From positions 56,124-120,123 of the forward strand of contig JAHFCF010000006.1 of NCBI GenBank assembly GCA_023249645.1: a DNA stretch of 64,000 bases, written 5' to 3'. Position numbers and translations under genes: made by a program. This stretch comes from Elusimicrobiota bacterium. Its GTDB lineage: Bacteria > Elusimicrobiota > Elusimicrobia > UBA1565 > UBA9628. Within the stretch, counting starts at the first letter, position 1; each line of letters begins with the position of its first letter. This document shows positions 28,285-37,503 of the stretch, one piece after another. Below the pieces are notes generated by a model, which did no database searches, was not told the DNA's origin, and saw only the letters and a program-made list of their open reading frames with translations.

Positions 28285-29376
28285 ATGAACAAGACCCAGA
28301 GAGTCCCCATGAAGGCCCTGGTCCTCTCCGGCGGCAAGGGCAGCCGCCTGCGGCCCATCACCCACACCTCGGCCAAGCAGCTCATCCCCATCGCCAACAA
28401 GCCCATCCTTTTCTACGGTCTGGAGGCCATCGCCCGGGCCGGCATCCGGGAGGTGGGCATCATCGTGGGCGACACGGCCGCCGAGATCCGCGCGGCCGTG
28501 GGCGACGGCTCGGCCTTCGGATTCAAGGCCACCTACATCCCTCAAGAGGCGCCTCTGGGCCTGGCCCATGCGGTCAAGATCTCCAAAGAGTTCATGGGGG
28601 AGTCGCCCTTCCTGATGTTCTTGGGGGACAACCTGCTCAAGGGGGAGCTTTCGCCCTTGGTCGAGGATTTTCTCCAGACCAAACCCAATTCCCAGATCCT
28701 GGTGGCCCAGGTGCCCAATCCGTCCTCCTTCGGCGTGGTGGAACTCAAGGATGGCAAGGTCTCCCGGCTGGTGGAAAAACCCAAGGAGCCCAAGAGCGAC
28801 CTGGCCCTGGTCGGGGTCTACCTCTTCGACAAGAACATCTTCACGGCCATCGATCACATCCAGCCCTCGGCGCGCGGGGAACTCGAGATCACGGATGCCA
28901 TCCAGTGGCTGGTGGACCAGAAGTTCACCGTCGTGTGCAAGCGCACGCAGGGCTGGTGGAAGGACACGGGAAAACTGGCGGACCTTTTGGAGGCCAATCG
29001 TCTCATCCACGAGACCCTCGAGCCCTCCATCCACAAGGACGCCCATGTGGATGCCGGTTCTCGACTGGAGGGTCGGGTGACGCTCGAGGCCGGGGCCATC
29101 ATTGAGTCCTCCATCATCCGGGGCCCGGCCGTGATCGGCGCTCGTTCGCGCATCATCCATTCCTACGTCGGCCCGTACAGTTCCATCTACTACGACACCC
29201 TCATCGAGAACAGCGAGATCGAACATTCGATCGTGCTCGAACACGCCAAGATCCGTGACATCAAGCGCATCCAGGACTCGCTCATCGGGCAGAGGGTGGA
29301 ACTGCTGCGCTCGGGAGCCAAACCCCAGGCCTACCGCATCATGGTGGGCGACTCCAGCCGCATCGAGATCCCGTAA
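28285..29376 (+). CDS. rfbA: Glucose-1-phosphate thymidylyltransferase, long form with C-terminal left-handed beta-helix
   Basis: Sequence MKALVLSGGKGSRLRPITHTSAKQLIPIANKPILFYGLEAIARAGIREVGIIVG is RmlA-like. The C-terminal repeats are hexapeptide-like. Start is either 28285 or 28309. Confidence 0.7.
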   Translation: MNKTQRVPMKALVLSGGKGSRLRPITHTSAKQLIPIANKPILFYGLEAIARAGIREVGIIVGDTAAEIRAAVGDGSAFGFKATYIPQEAPLGLAHAVKISKEFMGESPFLMFLGDNLLKGELSPLVEDFLQTKPNSQILVAQVPNPSSFGVVELKDGKVSRLVEKPKEPKSDLALVGVYLFDKNIFTAIDHIQPSARGELEITDAIQWLVDQKFTVVCKRTQGWWKDTGKLADLLEANRLIHETLEPSIHKDAHVDAGSRLEGRVTLEAGAIIESSIIRGPAVIGARSRIIHSYVGPYSSIYYDTLIENSEIEHSIVLEHAKIRDIKRIQDSLIGQRVELLRSGAKPQAYRIMVGDSSRIEIP

Positions 29377-29392
29377 ATCCCCAGGAGTGGGC

Positions 29393-30364
29393 ATGCGAAA
29401 AAAAGAGAGTCTTTGGCTGGTGACGGGCGGGGCGGGCTTCATCGGCTCCAACATCGTGGCCGAGCTCGTGCGCCGCAAGAAGCGCGTGCGGGTCCTCGAC
29501 AATCTCTGCACGGGAAAGCCGGAGCACATGGCCTCCTTCCGCGGCCAGATCGAGTTCGTGCGCGGCGACATCCGCGAACCGCGCGACTGCCGCCGCGCGG
29601 CCCAGGGCGCGGATGTCGTCATCCATCAGGCCGCCCTGCGCTCCGTGCCGAAATCCGTGGACAACCCCGGCGGTTCGCATGATTCCAATGCGACGGGGAC
29701 CTTGAACATGCTCATCGCCGCGCGCGAGGCCAAGGCGAAACGCTTCGTGTACGCTTCGTCGAGCTCGGTTTATGGGGATACTCAGTTGTTTCCGCAACGG
29801 GAGGACCATCTGCCCCGGCCCGTGTCGCCTTACGCGGCCCAGAAGCTCGCGGGCGAGCACTACGCCATGCTGTTCACCAAGACCTACGGCCTGGAGACCG
29901 TGAGCCTGCGCTATTTCAATGTTTTCGGCCCGCGCCAGGATCCCGAGTCCCTCTATTCCGCGGTCATCCCGAAATTCATGGAGGCCGCCTACCTGGGAAA
30001 GACCCTGGAGGTCCACTGGGATGGGCGGCAGTCCCGGGATTTCACTCATGTGGCCAATGTGGTCGAGGCCAATCTCCTGGCTGCCGTGACCAAGACCGGT
30101 ATCGGCGAGAACTTCAACATCGCCAACGGCCGCAACTACTCTCTTCTGGACATCATCCGCGTCATCGAGGATATCGTGGGACGCCGGCTCAAGCGCCACC
30201 ATACCCCCATGCGCCAGGGCGACGTGCGAAAGACTTACGCGGACATCTCCAAGGCCAAGCGCCTCTTGGGCTACCGTCCCTGCATGGGCTTGGAGGAGGG
30301 CCTCCGGGATACCTGGAGCTATTTTGAGGCTGTTTATTTCCGGCATAAAAATAAGAACTCATGA
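29393..30364 (+). CDS. NAD-dependent nucleotide-sugar epimerase/dehydratase (UDP-sugar 4-epimerase-like)
   Basis: Sequence VTGGAGFIGSN (Rossmann) with YASSSSVYG and YAAQK (the SDR catalytic YxxxK). AGGAG RBS upstream of ATG 29393. Confidence 0.75.
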   Translation: MRKKESLWLVTGGAGFIGSNIVAELVRRKKRVRVLDNLCTGKPEHMASFRGQIEFVRGDIREPRDCRRAAQGADVVIHQAALRSVPKSVDNPGGSHDSNATGTLNMLIAAREAKAKRFVYASSSSVYGDTQLFPQREDHLPRPVSPYAAQKLAGEHYAMLFTKTYGLETVSLRYFNVFGPRQDPESLYSAVIPKFMEAAYLGKTLEVHWDGRQSRDFTHVANVVEANLLAAVTKTGIGENFNIANGRNYSLLDIIRVIEDIVGRRLKRHHTPMRQGDVRKTYADISKAKRLLGYRPCMGLEEGLRDTWSYFEAVYFRHKNKNS

Positions 30365-30382
30365 CAAAAAGCGTGAATTGGA

Positions 30383-30432
30383 ACTGTGTCCGGACACAGT
30401 ATCTTCGCGAGGGAACTGTGGGCGCCCACAGT
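30383..30432. repeat. Bipartite palindromic element copy 3: ACTGTGTCCGGACACAGT (30383-30400), 14-nt spacer, ACTGTGGGCGCCCACAGT (30415-30432)
   Basis: Both halves are perfect 18-bp palindromes. Lies between the epimerase stop and the rfbB start. Confidence 0.8.
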
Positions 30433-30443
30433 GGGCCGCCTAG

Positions 30444-31457
30444 ATGAAACTTTTGGTGACTGGCGGCTTGGGTTTCATTGGCTCGAATTTCATAAGGCAT
30501 CTGCTTGCCACGCAACGTAATACTCGCGTCACCAACCTCGACCTGCGCACCTACGCGGGCAATCCGGCCAACTTGAAGGAGTTCGCCCGCGATGCGCGCT
30601 ATCGCTGGGTGAAGGGAGACATCGCCGATCCTCGCGTGGTGGACCGCTGCATGACGGATGTCGACGCGGTGGTCCATTTCGCGGCGGAGACCCACGTGGA
30701 CCGCTCCATCCTCGACGCCGCGGTCTTCTTGCGGACCAATGTGATCGGGACCCAGGTCCTCCTCGACGCGGCCCTGCGCCGCAAGATCGGCCGGTTCGTC
30801 CATGTCTCGACGGACGAGGTCTACGGCAGCGTGGCCAAGGGATTCTCCACCGAGGGCGATCGTCTGTGGCCCAACAGCCCCTACGCGGCCTCCAAGGCGG
30901 CCTCTGACCTCTTGGTGCGCTCCTATGTGGTCACGCACAAGTTGCCGGCCATCGTGACGCGCGCTTCCAATAATTTCGGTCCCTATCAGTATCCGGAGAA
31001 GGCTCTGCCTCTCATGATCACCAATTGGATGGATGGCGAGCCCTTCCCGCTCTACGGGGACGGCCGCAATGTCCGCGACTGGCTTTTCGTCCTGGACCAC
31101 GCCCGGGCCATCGCGCAGGTCCTTCGCCGCGGTCAGGACGGCGAGATCTACAACATCGGCGGGACTTATTCCTGCGACAATCGCGAACTCGTCGCGCGTG
31201 TCAGGACTCTCATGGGCGTGGGATCAGAGCTCGTGCGCCCGGTGCCGGACAGGCTGGGCCATGACCGGCGCTATGCCTTGGATTGCGGCAAGCTCAAGGG
31301 GCTGGGATTTAAGCATGCCTATCGGTTCGAGGAGGCTTTGCGCTTGACGGTGGAGTGGTACCGCGCCCATGAGTCCTGGTGGCGCCCCTTGAAAAAAGGG
31401 GAGGGATACCGCCAGTATTACCGCGGCCAATATTCCTCTCGTTTGAAAAGGAGCTGA
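30444..31457 (+). CDS. rfbB: dTDP-glucose 4,6-dehydratase
   Basis: Sequence MKLLVTGGLGFIGSNFIRHLL with YAASKAASD (YxxxK). 337 aa. Confidence 0.85.
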   Translation: MKLLVTGGLGFIGSNFIRHLLATQRNTRVTNLDLRTYAGNPANLKEFARDARYRWVKGDIADPRVVDRCMTDVDAVVHFAAETHVDRSILDAAVFLRTNVIGTQVLLDAALRRKIGRFVHVSTDEVYGSVAKGFSTEGDRLWPNSPYAASKAASDLLVRSYVVTHKLPAIVTRASNNFGPYQYPEKALPLMITNWMDGEPFPLYGDGRNVRDWLFVLDHARAIAQVLRRGQDGEIYNIGGTYSCDNRELVARVRTLMGVGSELVRPVPDRLGHDRRYALDCGKLKGLGFKHAYRFEEALRLTVEWYRAHESWWRPLKKGEGYRQYYRGQYSSRLKRS

Positions 31458-32056
31458 TGGCGATGAAACGGAGATTGCAGAGCGGTAGTCACCCGGTCGC
31501 GCCGATCCATTGGGGGCCCACGGGGGGCTGGATCGAGGTCGTGGTGGGCTCCATGTTCTCAGGCAAGACGCAGGAACTCATCCGACGCCTGCGCCTGGCC
31601 ACCATCGCGCGCCAGAAGGTGCAGGTCTTCAACCACGGTCTGGACACTCGCTACTCCAAGGACCATATCGTCTCGCATGACCTGACCAAGGTCCCTGCCC
31701 GGTCGGTGGCCAGGGCTCACGACATCCTGGGCTTGGTCAAGCCCGATACCCAGATCGTCGGCATCGACGAGGTCCAGTTCTTCGACGAGGACATCGTCGA
31801 GGTCTGCGAGACCCTGGCGGACCAGGGCCGGCGCGTCATCGTGGCGGGCCTCGATCAGGACTACAGAGGAGTCCCCTTTCCCGTGACCTGCCGCATCATG
31901 GGCGTGGCGGAGTTCGTGACGAAGAATCTGGCCGTTTGTTCCGTGTGCGGCAACCCGGCCAACCGCTCCCAGCGCCTCTCCTCCACCAAGAAGCTCATCG
32001 AGGTCGGGACCGCCGACAAGTACGAGGCTCGCTGTCGCGCGTGTTTTAAGCGGTGA
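31457..32056 (+). CDS. tdk: Thymidine kinase
   Basis: ATG 31457 overlaps the rfbB stop (TGATG). P-loop VVVGSMFSGKTQELIRR. C-terminal Zn-ribbon CxxC...CxxC. Confidence 0.85.
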   Translation: MAMKRRLQSGSHPVAPIHWGPTGGWIEVVVGSMFSGKTQELIRRLRLATIARQKVQVFNHGLDTRYSKDHIVSHDLTKVPARSVARAHDILGLVKPDTQIVGIDEVQFFDEDIVEVCETLADQGRRVIVAGLDQDYRGVPFPVTCRIMGVAEFVTKNLAVCSVCGNPANRSQRLSSTKKLIEVGTADKYEARCRACFKR

Positions 32057-32068
32057 TCCTCGACGTCC

Positions 32069-32515
32069 TTACTGAGGCAGCCAGTTGGTGCAGGTGATCC
32101 CAGCTCCGCCGGCGTTGCAGGCGTAGGTGGGTGATCCTCCGGCCGCAGCGATGGTCATGGCCACGGAATAACCTGCCGATATGCTGGATGGGACGGACGT
32201 GGCATTCCGGGTCAATGTGATGGTATAGCCGGCGCCGGCCACCGCCACGACCGGGGCGTTGAAATATTTGAGAGCAGGCGGGGCGATGTCCAGGTTGGCC
32301 AATACCCCGGTGTACGCGCTGCCCTGCAGGTAGTATCTTTCCTCCGCTCCCCTCATGACACCGAGGCAATTGAGGGCCTCTGCGAAATGGGCTTTTTCAA
32401 TGACTTGAAAGAACTGGGGCATGGCGATCGCGGCCAGGATGCCGATGATAAGAACGACCACGAGCAACTCGATGAGGGTGAAGCCCTTTTTGGCCTTCTT
32501 GAGCATTTTTTTCAT
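32069..32515 (-). CDS. Type IV pilin / pseudopilin-like protein (prepilin N-terminal cleavage/methylation domain)
   Basis: Sequence MKKMLKKAKKGFTLIELLVVVLIIGILAAIAMPQ. GGGAGG RBS. The ORF-track start at 32584 is an upstream extension. Confidence 0.7.
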   Translation of the reverse strand: MKKMLKKAKKGFTLIELLVVVLIIGILAAIAMPQFFQVIEKAHFAEALNCLGVMRGAEERYYLQGSAYTGVLANLDIAPPALKYFNAPVVAVAGAGYTITLTRNATSVPSSISAGYSVAMTIAAAGGSPTYACNAGGAGITCTNWLPQ

Positions 32516-32565
32516 GACAGCCTCCCGGCGGCTCTCATAGTATAGCCGTTGGGAGTGAATTTTGC

Positions 32566-32605
32566 ATGGCAAAATTGTGTGCAAATTGTGAATTGTTGCT
32601 ATAAT
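32566..32605. promoter_or_regulatory. Divergent promoter region between the pilin gene and the two-component system, with AAATTGTG direct repeats and a TATAAT (32600-32605)
   Basis: Sequence ggcAAAATTGTGtgcAAATTGTGaattgttgcTATAATgg. The -10 is only 11 nt from the RR ATG at 32617. Confidence 0.3.
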
Positions 32606-32616
32606 GGCGGACAGCC

Positions 32617-33303
32617 ATGCCGAAGATCCTTATCATCGAGGACGATCCTCATATCGTGGAGGCTGTGGAAAAAATCCTGAGTTTAGAGGAGGGCTTCAGC
32701 CTGGAACATGTCGCGGTCCCGGACAAAGCCCTCGCCGAGGCGGTGCGCCTGAAACCGGACCTCATCCTTCTCGACGTCCGTCTGCCCGGCGGCGATGGGC
32801 GTTCGATCCTCAAGTCCCTCAAACAGAACGCTGCGACCGGCGCCATCCCGGTGATCTTCCTCACGGGCCTGGCCGGCGAGGCGGACAAAGTCTTGGGCCT
32901 GAATCTCGGCGCGGACGACTATGTGGCCAAGCCTTTCGGCGCGCTGGAGCTTCTGGCGCGCATCCAGAGCGTGCTGCGGCGCTGTCAGCCGCAGGGTCCT
33001 GCCGGCGGGAGCATCGAGCTGCCCGGCCTGCGCCTGGATGGGGAGAACCGCGACGCTTTCGTCAACGGCAAGCCTTTGGGGCTGCAGCCCCGGGAATTCG
33101 AAGTGCTCTCCCTTCTTGCCTCCCGCCCGGGGCGGGCCTTGAGCCGCCGCTATCTCATCGAGAATACCTCCTCCTATGGGCGCGAGGTGTTCAGCCGGAG
33201 TCTGGACACCCACATCAAAAACATCCGCAAAAAGCTGGGGCCGAAGGCCGACTTAATCGAGACCGTCTCCAAGCTGGGATACCGTTTGAATCCCCATGCC
33301 TGA
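32617..33303 (+). CDS. OmpR-family response regulator (receiver + winged-helix DNA-binding domain)
   Basis: Sequence MPKILIIEDDPHIVE...LILLDVRLPGGDG...YVAKPF, then a winged helix (EFEVLSLLASRPGRALSR...VSKLGYRL). Confidence 0.85.
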   Translation: MPKILIIEDDPHIVEAVEKILSLEEGFSLEHVAVPDKALAEAVRLKPDLILLDVRLPGGDGRSILKSLKQNAATGAIPVIFLTGLAGEADKVLGLNLGADDYVAKPFGALELLARIQSVLRRCQPQGPAGGSIELPGLRLDGENRDAFVNGKPLGLQPREFEVLSLLASRPGRALSRRYLIENTSSYGREVFSRSLDTHIKNIRKKLGPKADLIETVSKLGYRLNPHA

Positions 33304-34516
33304 CCGCCGCGGTTCCTATTTCGCCTTCCAGGGCCTCTTGATGGCGGTGCTTTGCCTCATCTTCGTCTATCAGTGCCGCGATGTCTCTGAATGGGCGGCG
33401 CGCCTCTCGTTCTTGACCATCGTTTTCGGATCCTCGCTGGTCTTCATCAAGATGGCTCCGATCGGGATCCTTTCGCGCTGGTATTTCCAAGCCGGACTCT
33501 TCGTGGGCGACGCCCTCCTGGCTTCCATCATCCTGCATTGGACCAATTCAGACTCGGAGCTCTATCTCATCTATTTCTTGATCATTTTCGGCACGGCTTT
33601 GACCCGGAGCTGGCTGCAGAGCTTTTTGGTGGCGTTGATCACCTCGGGGCTCTACCTGCTCTCGGCCTGGCGGCCGGTGCAGGGACTGCCGCACGAGACC
33701 GCCTTCTGGCTCCGGATGCATTTCCTATGGATCAGTTCGGTGCTGATGGCGATTCTCTCGCATGACACCCGCCGCACGCAGACAGAGGCCGAGCGCCGCT
33801 ACCAGGACCGCCTGGTGCAGTTCGAAAGGCTCGCCGCCTTGGGCCAGATGGCCGGCGAGGTGGCGCACCGCATCAAGGGGCCTCTCACGACCATCATGGT
33901 CAATGCCGAGGTCCTGGCCCGGCGCGCCCTGAATTTCCCGGAGGCGCAGAAGGACCTCGACCAGATCCGCGACGAGGTGGGGCATTGCCGAGAGATCCTC
34001 AAAAGACTCCTGGATCTAGGCCGCATCGAGGAGATGGATGATGTGCGATTCGATCTTCGCGAGCCCATCCAACTGGCCTTGGCGGCCATGGAGCCGATCG
34101 CCCGACAGCGTGCCATCCGGCTGGAGGCCGCGGTCCTGTCTCAGTCGCTGCCCGCGCGAGGGGACCCTTCCCTCATGCAGGAGGCCATCGTCGCCGTGCT
34201 TTATAACGCGCTTGACGCGGTCAAGGACCGCGGCTGTGTTCGACTCAAGGCGCTGGCTGCCGCGGGGCCTTGGCGCCACTTTTTTTCCAGTCCTCGCGTC
34301 TGGCAGATCATCGTCGAGGATGACGGCCGGGGGATCGAGGCTCAGAACTTGGATCGAATCTTCCATCCCTTCTTCACGACCAAGGGCGAGGCCGGCAGCG
34401 GCTTGGGTCTTTCCGCGGCTCTGCGCATCTTCCAGAAGCACCGCGGCGGCATCGAAGCTTTCAGCGACGGCCCCGGACGGGGCGCGCGCTTCGTCCTGAC
34501 GATCCCGCGGCGCTAA
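33296..34516 (+). CDS. Sensor histidine kinase with membrane-embedded multi-TM sensor region
   Basis: About 5 N-terminal TM helices. H-box VAHRIKGPLTTI. HATPase motifs (IVEDDGRGI, GSGLGLS). Overlaps the RR stop. Confidence 0.8.
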   Translation: MPDRRGSYFAFQGLLMAVLCLIFVYQCRDVSEWAARLSFLTIVFGSSLVFIKMAPIGILSRWYFQAGLFVGDALLASIILHWTNSDSELYLIYFLIIFGTALTRSWLQSFLVALITSGLYLLSAWRPVQGLPHETAFWLRMHFLWISSVLMAILSHDTRRTQTEAERRYQDRLVQFERLAALGQMAGEVAHRIKGPLTTIMVNAEVLARRALNFPEAQKDLDQIRDEVGHCREILKRLLDLGRIEEMDDVRFDLREPIQLALAAMEPIARQRAIRLEAAVLSQSLPARGDPSLMQEAIVAVLYNALDAVKDRGCVRLKALAAAGPWRHFFSSPRVWQIIVEDDGRGIEAQNLDRIFHPFFTTKGEAGSGLGLSAALRIFQKHRGGIEAFSDGPGRGARFVLTIPRR

Positions 34517-35799
34517 TTCGACCAGGCCGGCGTGATCGTGTTGCCCGGGATCTCGGAGAGCCGATGGGGGGCCGAGCCATCCGCGTCCATGACGAAGAGC
34601 TCCGAGCGTTCGTGGCGCGTCGTGATGAAGGCGAGAAAGCGCCCATCCGGGGACCAGACAGGGTTTTCGTTGGCCCCTTCGCCGTGGGTGAGCTGGCGCA
34701 CCTGGTTGCCGGTGACGTCCACGAGGAAGATATCGAGCCTGTCCGCGCGATGGACGCGGCCTGAGAAGGCGATCCATTCCCCGGTCGGCGACCAAGAGGG
34801 GGAGTCGCACCAGTTGAGGTCGGTGAGGCGCTTGACGCGCTGGGTGGCCAGGGCGAGGAGGTAGATCTGCGGGTTGCCGGCGCGGTCCGAGACGAAGGCC
34901 GCCTGCCCTCCGTCGGGAGAGAAGGTGGCGGAGCTGTCCGCTCCGAAGTGGTGGGTGAGCCGGGATGTGGAGCCGTCGACGAGATTCTTGAGATAGAGGT
35001 TGGGGCTCTTCTGGCGCGAGAGGGTCATGAGGAGTTGCGTGCCGTCGGGAGAGAAGCCGCCGGCTACGTTGAGTCCCTGATCGGCTGAGAGTGTACGCGA
35101 GCGGCCGGTGGCGAGGTCCAGAAGAAAGAGATCCGGGTTTTCCTCCTTGTAGCTGGTGTAAGCCAGGGATCTTCCATCCGGGGAGAAGCGCGGCAGAAGA
35201 GCGATGGAGCCGTCGTCCGTCAGGGCCCGGAGGTTGGCCCCGTCATAGTCCATGACGGAGATCTCCTTGCGGCCCGTGCGGTCATTGGCGAAGGCGATCC
35301 GGCTGTGGGCGATACCGTTCTTCCCCGTAAGGGCCAGGACGATGTCATCGGAGACCCGGTGGGCGATCGCCCGGGAGGATGACGCTTCGGACCTGTAGGT
35401 GCGCTCGAAGGCGGTTTCTCCGGAGCCGGCGTCCAGGAGCCAGACTTTCAGGGAGAGACGGTCCGTGAGGTCCGTCTGGGCAGCCAGCAGCCAGCCCGCC
35501 AGACGCGTCTTCCAGGCGGGGAGGATGTCGTTGATGTTGGCGCCGTTGAAGACAGGGCCGTCCTCCAGCAGGGTGAAGCGGCGCGAGAAGAGGAGATCGT
35601 CGCGCACGATGTCATGGAGCTCCTTGGCCAGGAGCGCGTCTGGCTTGTTCCGGGGATCGGCGGCGATGAACGGCGGCAGGCCGAGCGCCAGGGTCCGGGC
35701 CTCTCCCGTATGCCCGGCCAGGGCGATGTAGACATCCGGGGCCTGGCCGGCTTGGAGAGACAGAGTCAGGAGCGCCAGGCCGAGGAAAAGCGAGGTCAC
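34513..35799 (-). CDS. tolB: Tol-Pal system beta-propeller protein TolB
   Basis: GTG start at 35799 overlaps the cpoB stop (GTGA). Signal peptide VTSLFLGLALLTLSLQAGQA. C-terminal beta-propeller repeats (FSPDGRSLAY, FSPDGTQLLM, WSPDGRFLAF). The 761-aa ORF-track call 34513..36798 runs into the cpoB region in another frame and is rejected. Confidence 0.85.
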   Translation of the reverse strand: MTSLFLGLALLTLSLQAGQAPDVYIALAGHTGEARTLALGLPPFIAADPRNKPDALLAKELHDIVRDDLLFSRRFTLLEDGPVFNGANINDILPAWKTRLAGWLLAAQTDLTDRLSLKVWLLDAGSGETAFERTYRSEASSSRAIAHRVSDDIVLALTGKNGIAHSRIAFANDRTGRKEISVMDYDGANLRALTDDGSIALLPRFSPDGRSLAYTSYKEENPDLFLLDLATGRSRTLSADQGLNVAGGFSPDGTQLLMTLSRQKSPNLYLKNLVDGSTSRLTHHFGADSSATFSPDGGQAAFVSDRAGNPQIYLLALATQRVKRLTDLNWCDSPSWSPTGEWIAFSGRVHRADRLDIFLVDVTGNQVRQLTHGEGANENPVWSPDGRFLAFITTRHERSELFVMDADGSAPHRLSEIPGNTITPAWSN

Positions 35800-36530
35800 T
35801 TTTTGTGGAGCTTCTTGATCTCGAGGGCCGCGGCCTTGGCTTCGGGGCTTGCGGGGAAATCGGCGATCACGGAATCCAGATATTGCCTCGCCTCGGCGAT
35901 GTCCTTCTTCATGTGGATGAGGCAGAGCGCGTACATGAGCCGGGCCGCCGGGGTCAGGCCGGTCTTCGGATATTTTTCCAGGTAAAGGGCGTATTGCCGG
36001 CCGGCCGGCTCCCATTTCTTGAGGCCGTAATAGGACTCCGCCAGATTGTAGACGGCGGCATCCGCGAGCGCCCCTTTGGGGAAGCGGGCGAGGTAATCCG
36101 CAAAGCCCTTGGCGGCCAGGTCGTAGGATTTCATGGCGAGCCGCACCTCGGCCGTTTGGAAGAGTTCGGTGGGCACACCCTGCTGGAGATCCTTGGCCAG
36201 GGCCGCTTTCTGCGCTTCGAGGCTCTTGGCTTGGGTCGCGGTCAGGTCCATGCCGATGGATGAGACCTTGGCGGTGACGACGGCGGTGAGATCGTCGATC
36301 TTGGAGGAGAGGCGGCTGAGATCGTCCTGGGATTGCTTGCGGGCCTCCATGAAGGCGGCCAGGTCTTCGTGGACCTGCTTGAATTGGGCCAGGAGGTCCG
36401 CCTGATTGGCCTGCAGCGAGGAGATGGTCCCCTTGAGCTCCGACATCTGGTTCTGCATGTCGAGGACGTCGTTCTGGGTGGCCACGCAGCCGGCCAAGGC
36501 GCAGGCGCCTAGAAGCAGCAGGATTCTCAT
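35796..36530 (-). CDS. cpoB: Tol-Pal system protein CpoB/YbgF (coiled-coil + TPR)
   Basis: Sequence MRILLLLGACALAGC with a signal/lipobox. Gln-rich coiled coil. C-terminal TPR-like region (YNLAESYYGLKKWEPAGRQYALYLEKYP). Confidence 0.75.
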   Translation of the reverse strand: MRILLLLGACALAGCVATQNDVLDMQNQMSELKGTISSLQANQADLLAQFKQVHEDLAAFMEARKQSQDDLSRLSSKIDDLTAVVTAKVSSIGMDLTATQAKSLEAQKAALAKDLQQGVPTELFQTAEVRLAMKSYDLAAKGFADYLARFPKGALADAAVYNLAESYYGLKKWEPAGRQYALYLEKYPKTGLTPAARLMYALCLIHMKKDIAEARQYLDSVIADFPASPEAKAAALEIKKLHKK

Positions 36531-37051
36531 GGAGCGGTTTTTCGCGAACGGGCTTTCGTATCCGCGCGGCGATTCTGGCGCCAGCATTCCTCCGTGGGCT
36601 GCGTGCAGATGGGATCTTCCTTGCCGTAGGAGATGGTGGCCACGGCGGTGCCTGGGAGGCCGAGACGGATGTAGTATTCGCGCACCTCTTTGGCGCGCTT
36701 TTGACCCAGAGCCAGGTTGTACTCGACGGTGCCCCTCTCGTCGCAGAAGCCGGCGGCCAGGATCTCCAGGCCGGGATGCTCCTTGAGGAAGGAGGCATTG
36801 GCTTTCAGCGTGCCCAGGGCCTCGTCGCTCAGGCTGGCGCTGTCATAGTCGAAGGTGATGCTTTGGAGGCCCTCGGCGCTTTGGAACTTCTCGCCGCGCA
36901 GGCTCGCCTCGATCACGTCGATGGGGGCGGTGGCCGTGTCGGTTGATTTTTCCACGGGCGGCGGGGTGGGCTTGGTTCGCGCGCCCGCGCAGGCGCCCAA
37001 CAGCCAAGCGCCCGCCAGAGCCGCGATGGGGAGGATCAGTCTCGTTCGCAT
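36527..37051 (-). CDS. pal: Peptidoglycan-associated lipoprotein Pal (OmpA-like domain)
   Basis: Sequence MRTRLILPIAALAGAWLLGACAG has a lipobox. OmpA-family motif: FDYDSASL...LKANASFLKEHP...ILAAGFCDERGTVEYNLALGQKRA. Confidence 0.85.
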   Translation of the reverse strand: MRTRLILPIAALAGAWLLGACAGARTKPTPPPVEKSTDTATAPIDVIEASLRGEKFQSAEGLQSITFDYDSASLSDEALGTLKANASFLKEHPGLEILAAGFCDERGTVEYNLALGQKRAKEVREYYIRLGLPGTAVATISYGKEDPICTQPTEECWRQNRRADTKARSRKTAP

Positions 37052-37055
37052 GGGG

Positions 37056-37454
37056 TTACCTTGACTCAGGATGTGCGGGATGGGTTTCGGAGACCAGGAG
37101 TTTGGCGATGGCCTTACGGAAATCCTGCAGGTGGATGGGCTTGGCCAGGAAGCTGGCGCCGGCCGGATCGGAGATCTCGTTGAGGATGTCATCGGCAGAG
37201 GCTTCTCCGCTCATGAAGAGGACCGGCGTCTGATGGGTCGCCTGGTTGCGCCGCAGGGATTCATAGAGATGGGCGCCGGACATGCCCGGCATATGATAAT
37301 CGAGGATGACGAGGTCCGGCTTGGCGGTGCGCGCCTTCTGCATGCCTTCCACGGCCTCGTTGGCGGCAGTCACCTCGTGGCCGTCATGCGTCAGGATGTC
37401 TGTGAGCAGTTCGACGATGGAAAAATCGTCGTCGATGATGAGGATCTTCGCCAT
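37056..37454 (-). CDS. Single-domain response regulator (CheY-like)
   Basis: Sequence MAKILIIDDDFSIVELL...LVILDYHMPGMSG...FLAKP. Confidence 0.8.
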   Translation of the reverse strand: MAKILIIDDDFSIVELLTDILTHDGHEVTAANEAVEGMQKARTAKPDLVILDYHMPGMSGAHLYESLRRNQATHQTPVLFMSGEASADDILNEISDPAGASFLAKPIHLQDFRKAIAKLLVSETHPAHPESR

Positions 37455-37503
37455 GGGAACTGCCGAGATTATACCTCTCCCTGGGGCGCGGCGTCCAGGA
37501 TGC

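Noticed and set aside
26752-29622. 956-aa minus-strand ORF
   Set aside because: Antisense to lptD, rfbA and the epimerase. A typical long shadow ORF in a high-GC genome (Arg/Gly/Pro/Asp-rich, no motifs).
34513-36798. 761-aa minus-strand ORF spanning the tolB and cpoB regions
   Set aside because: Its upstream two-thirds overlaps the well-supported cpoB and pal genes in another frame. Real tolB starts at GTG 35799.
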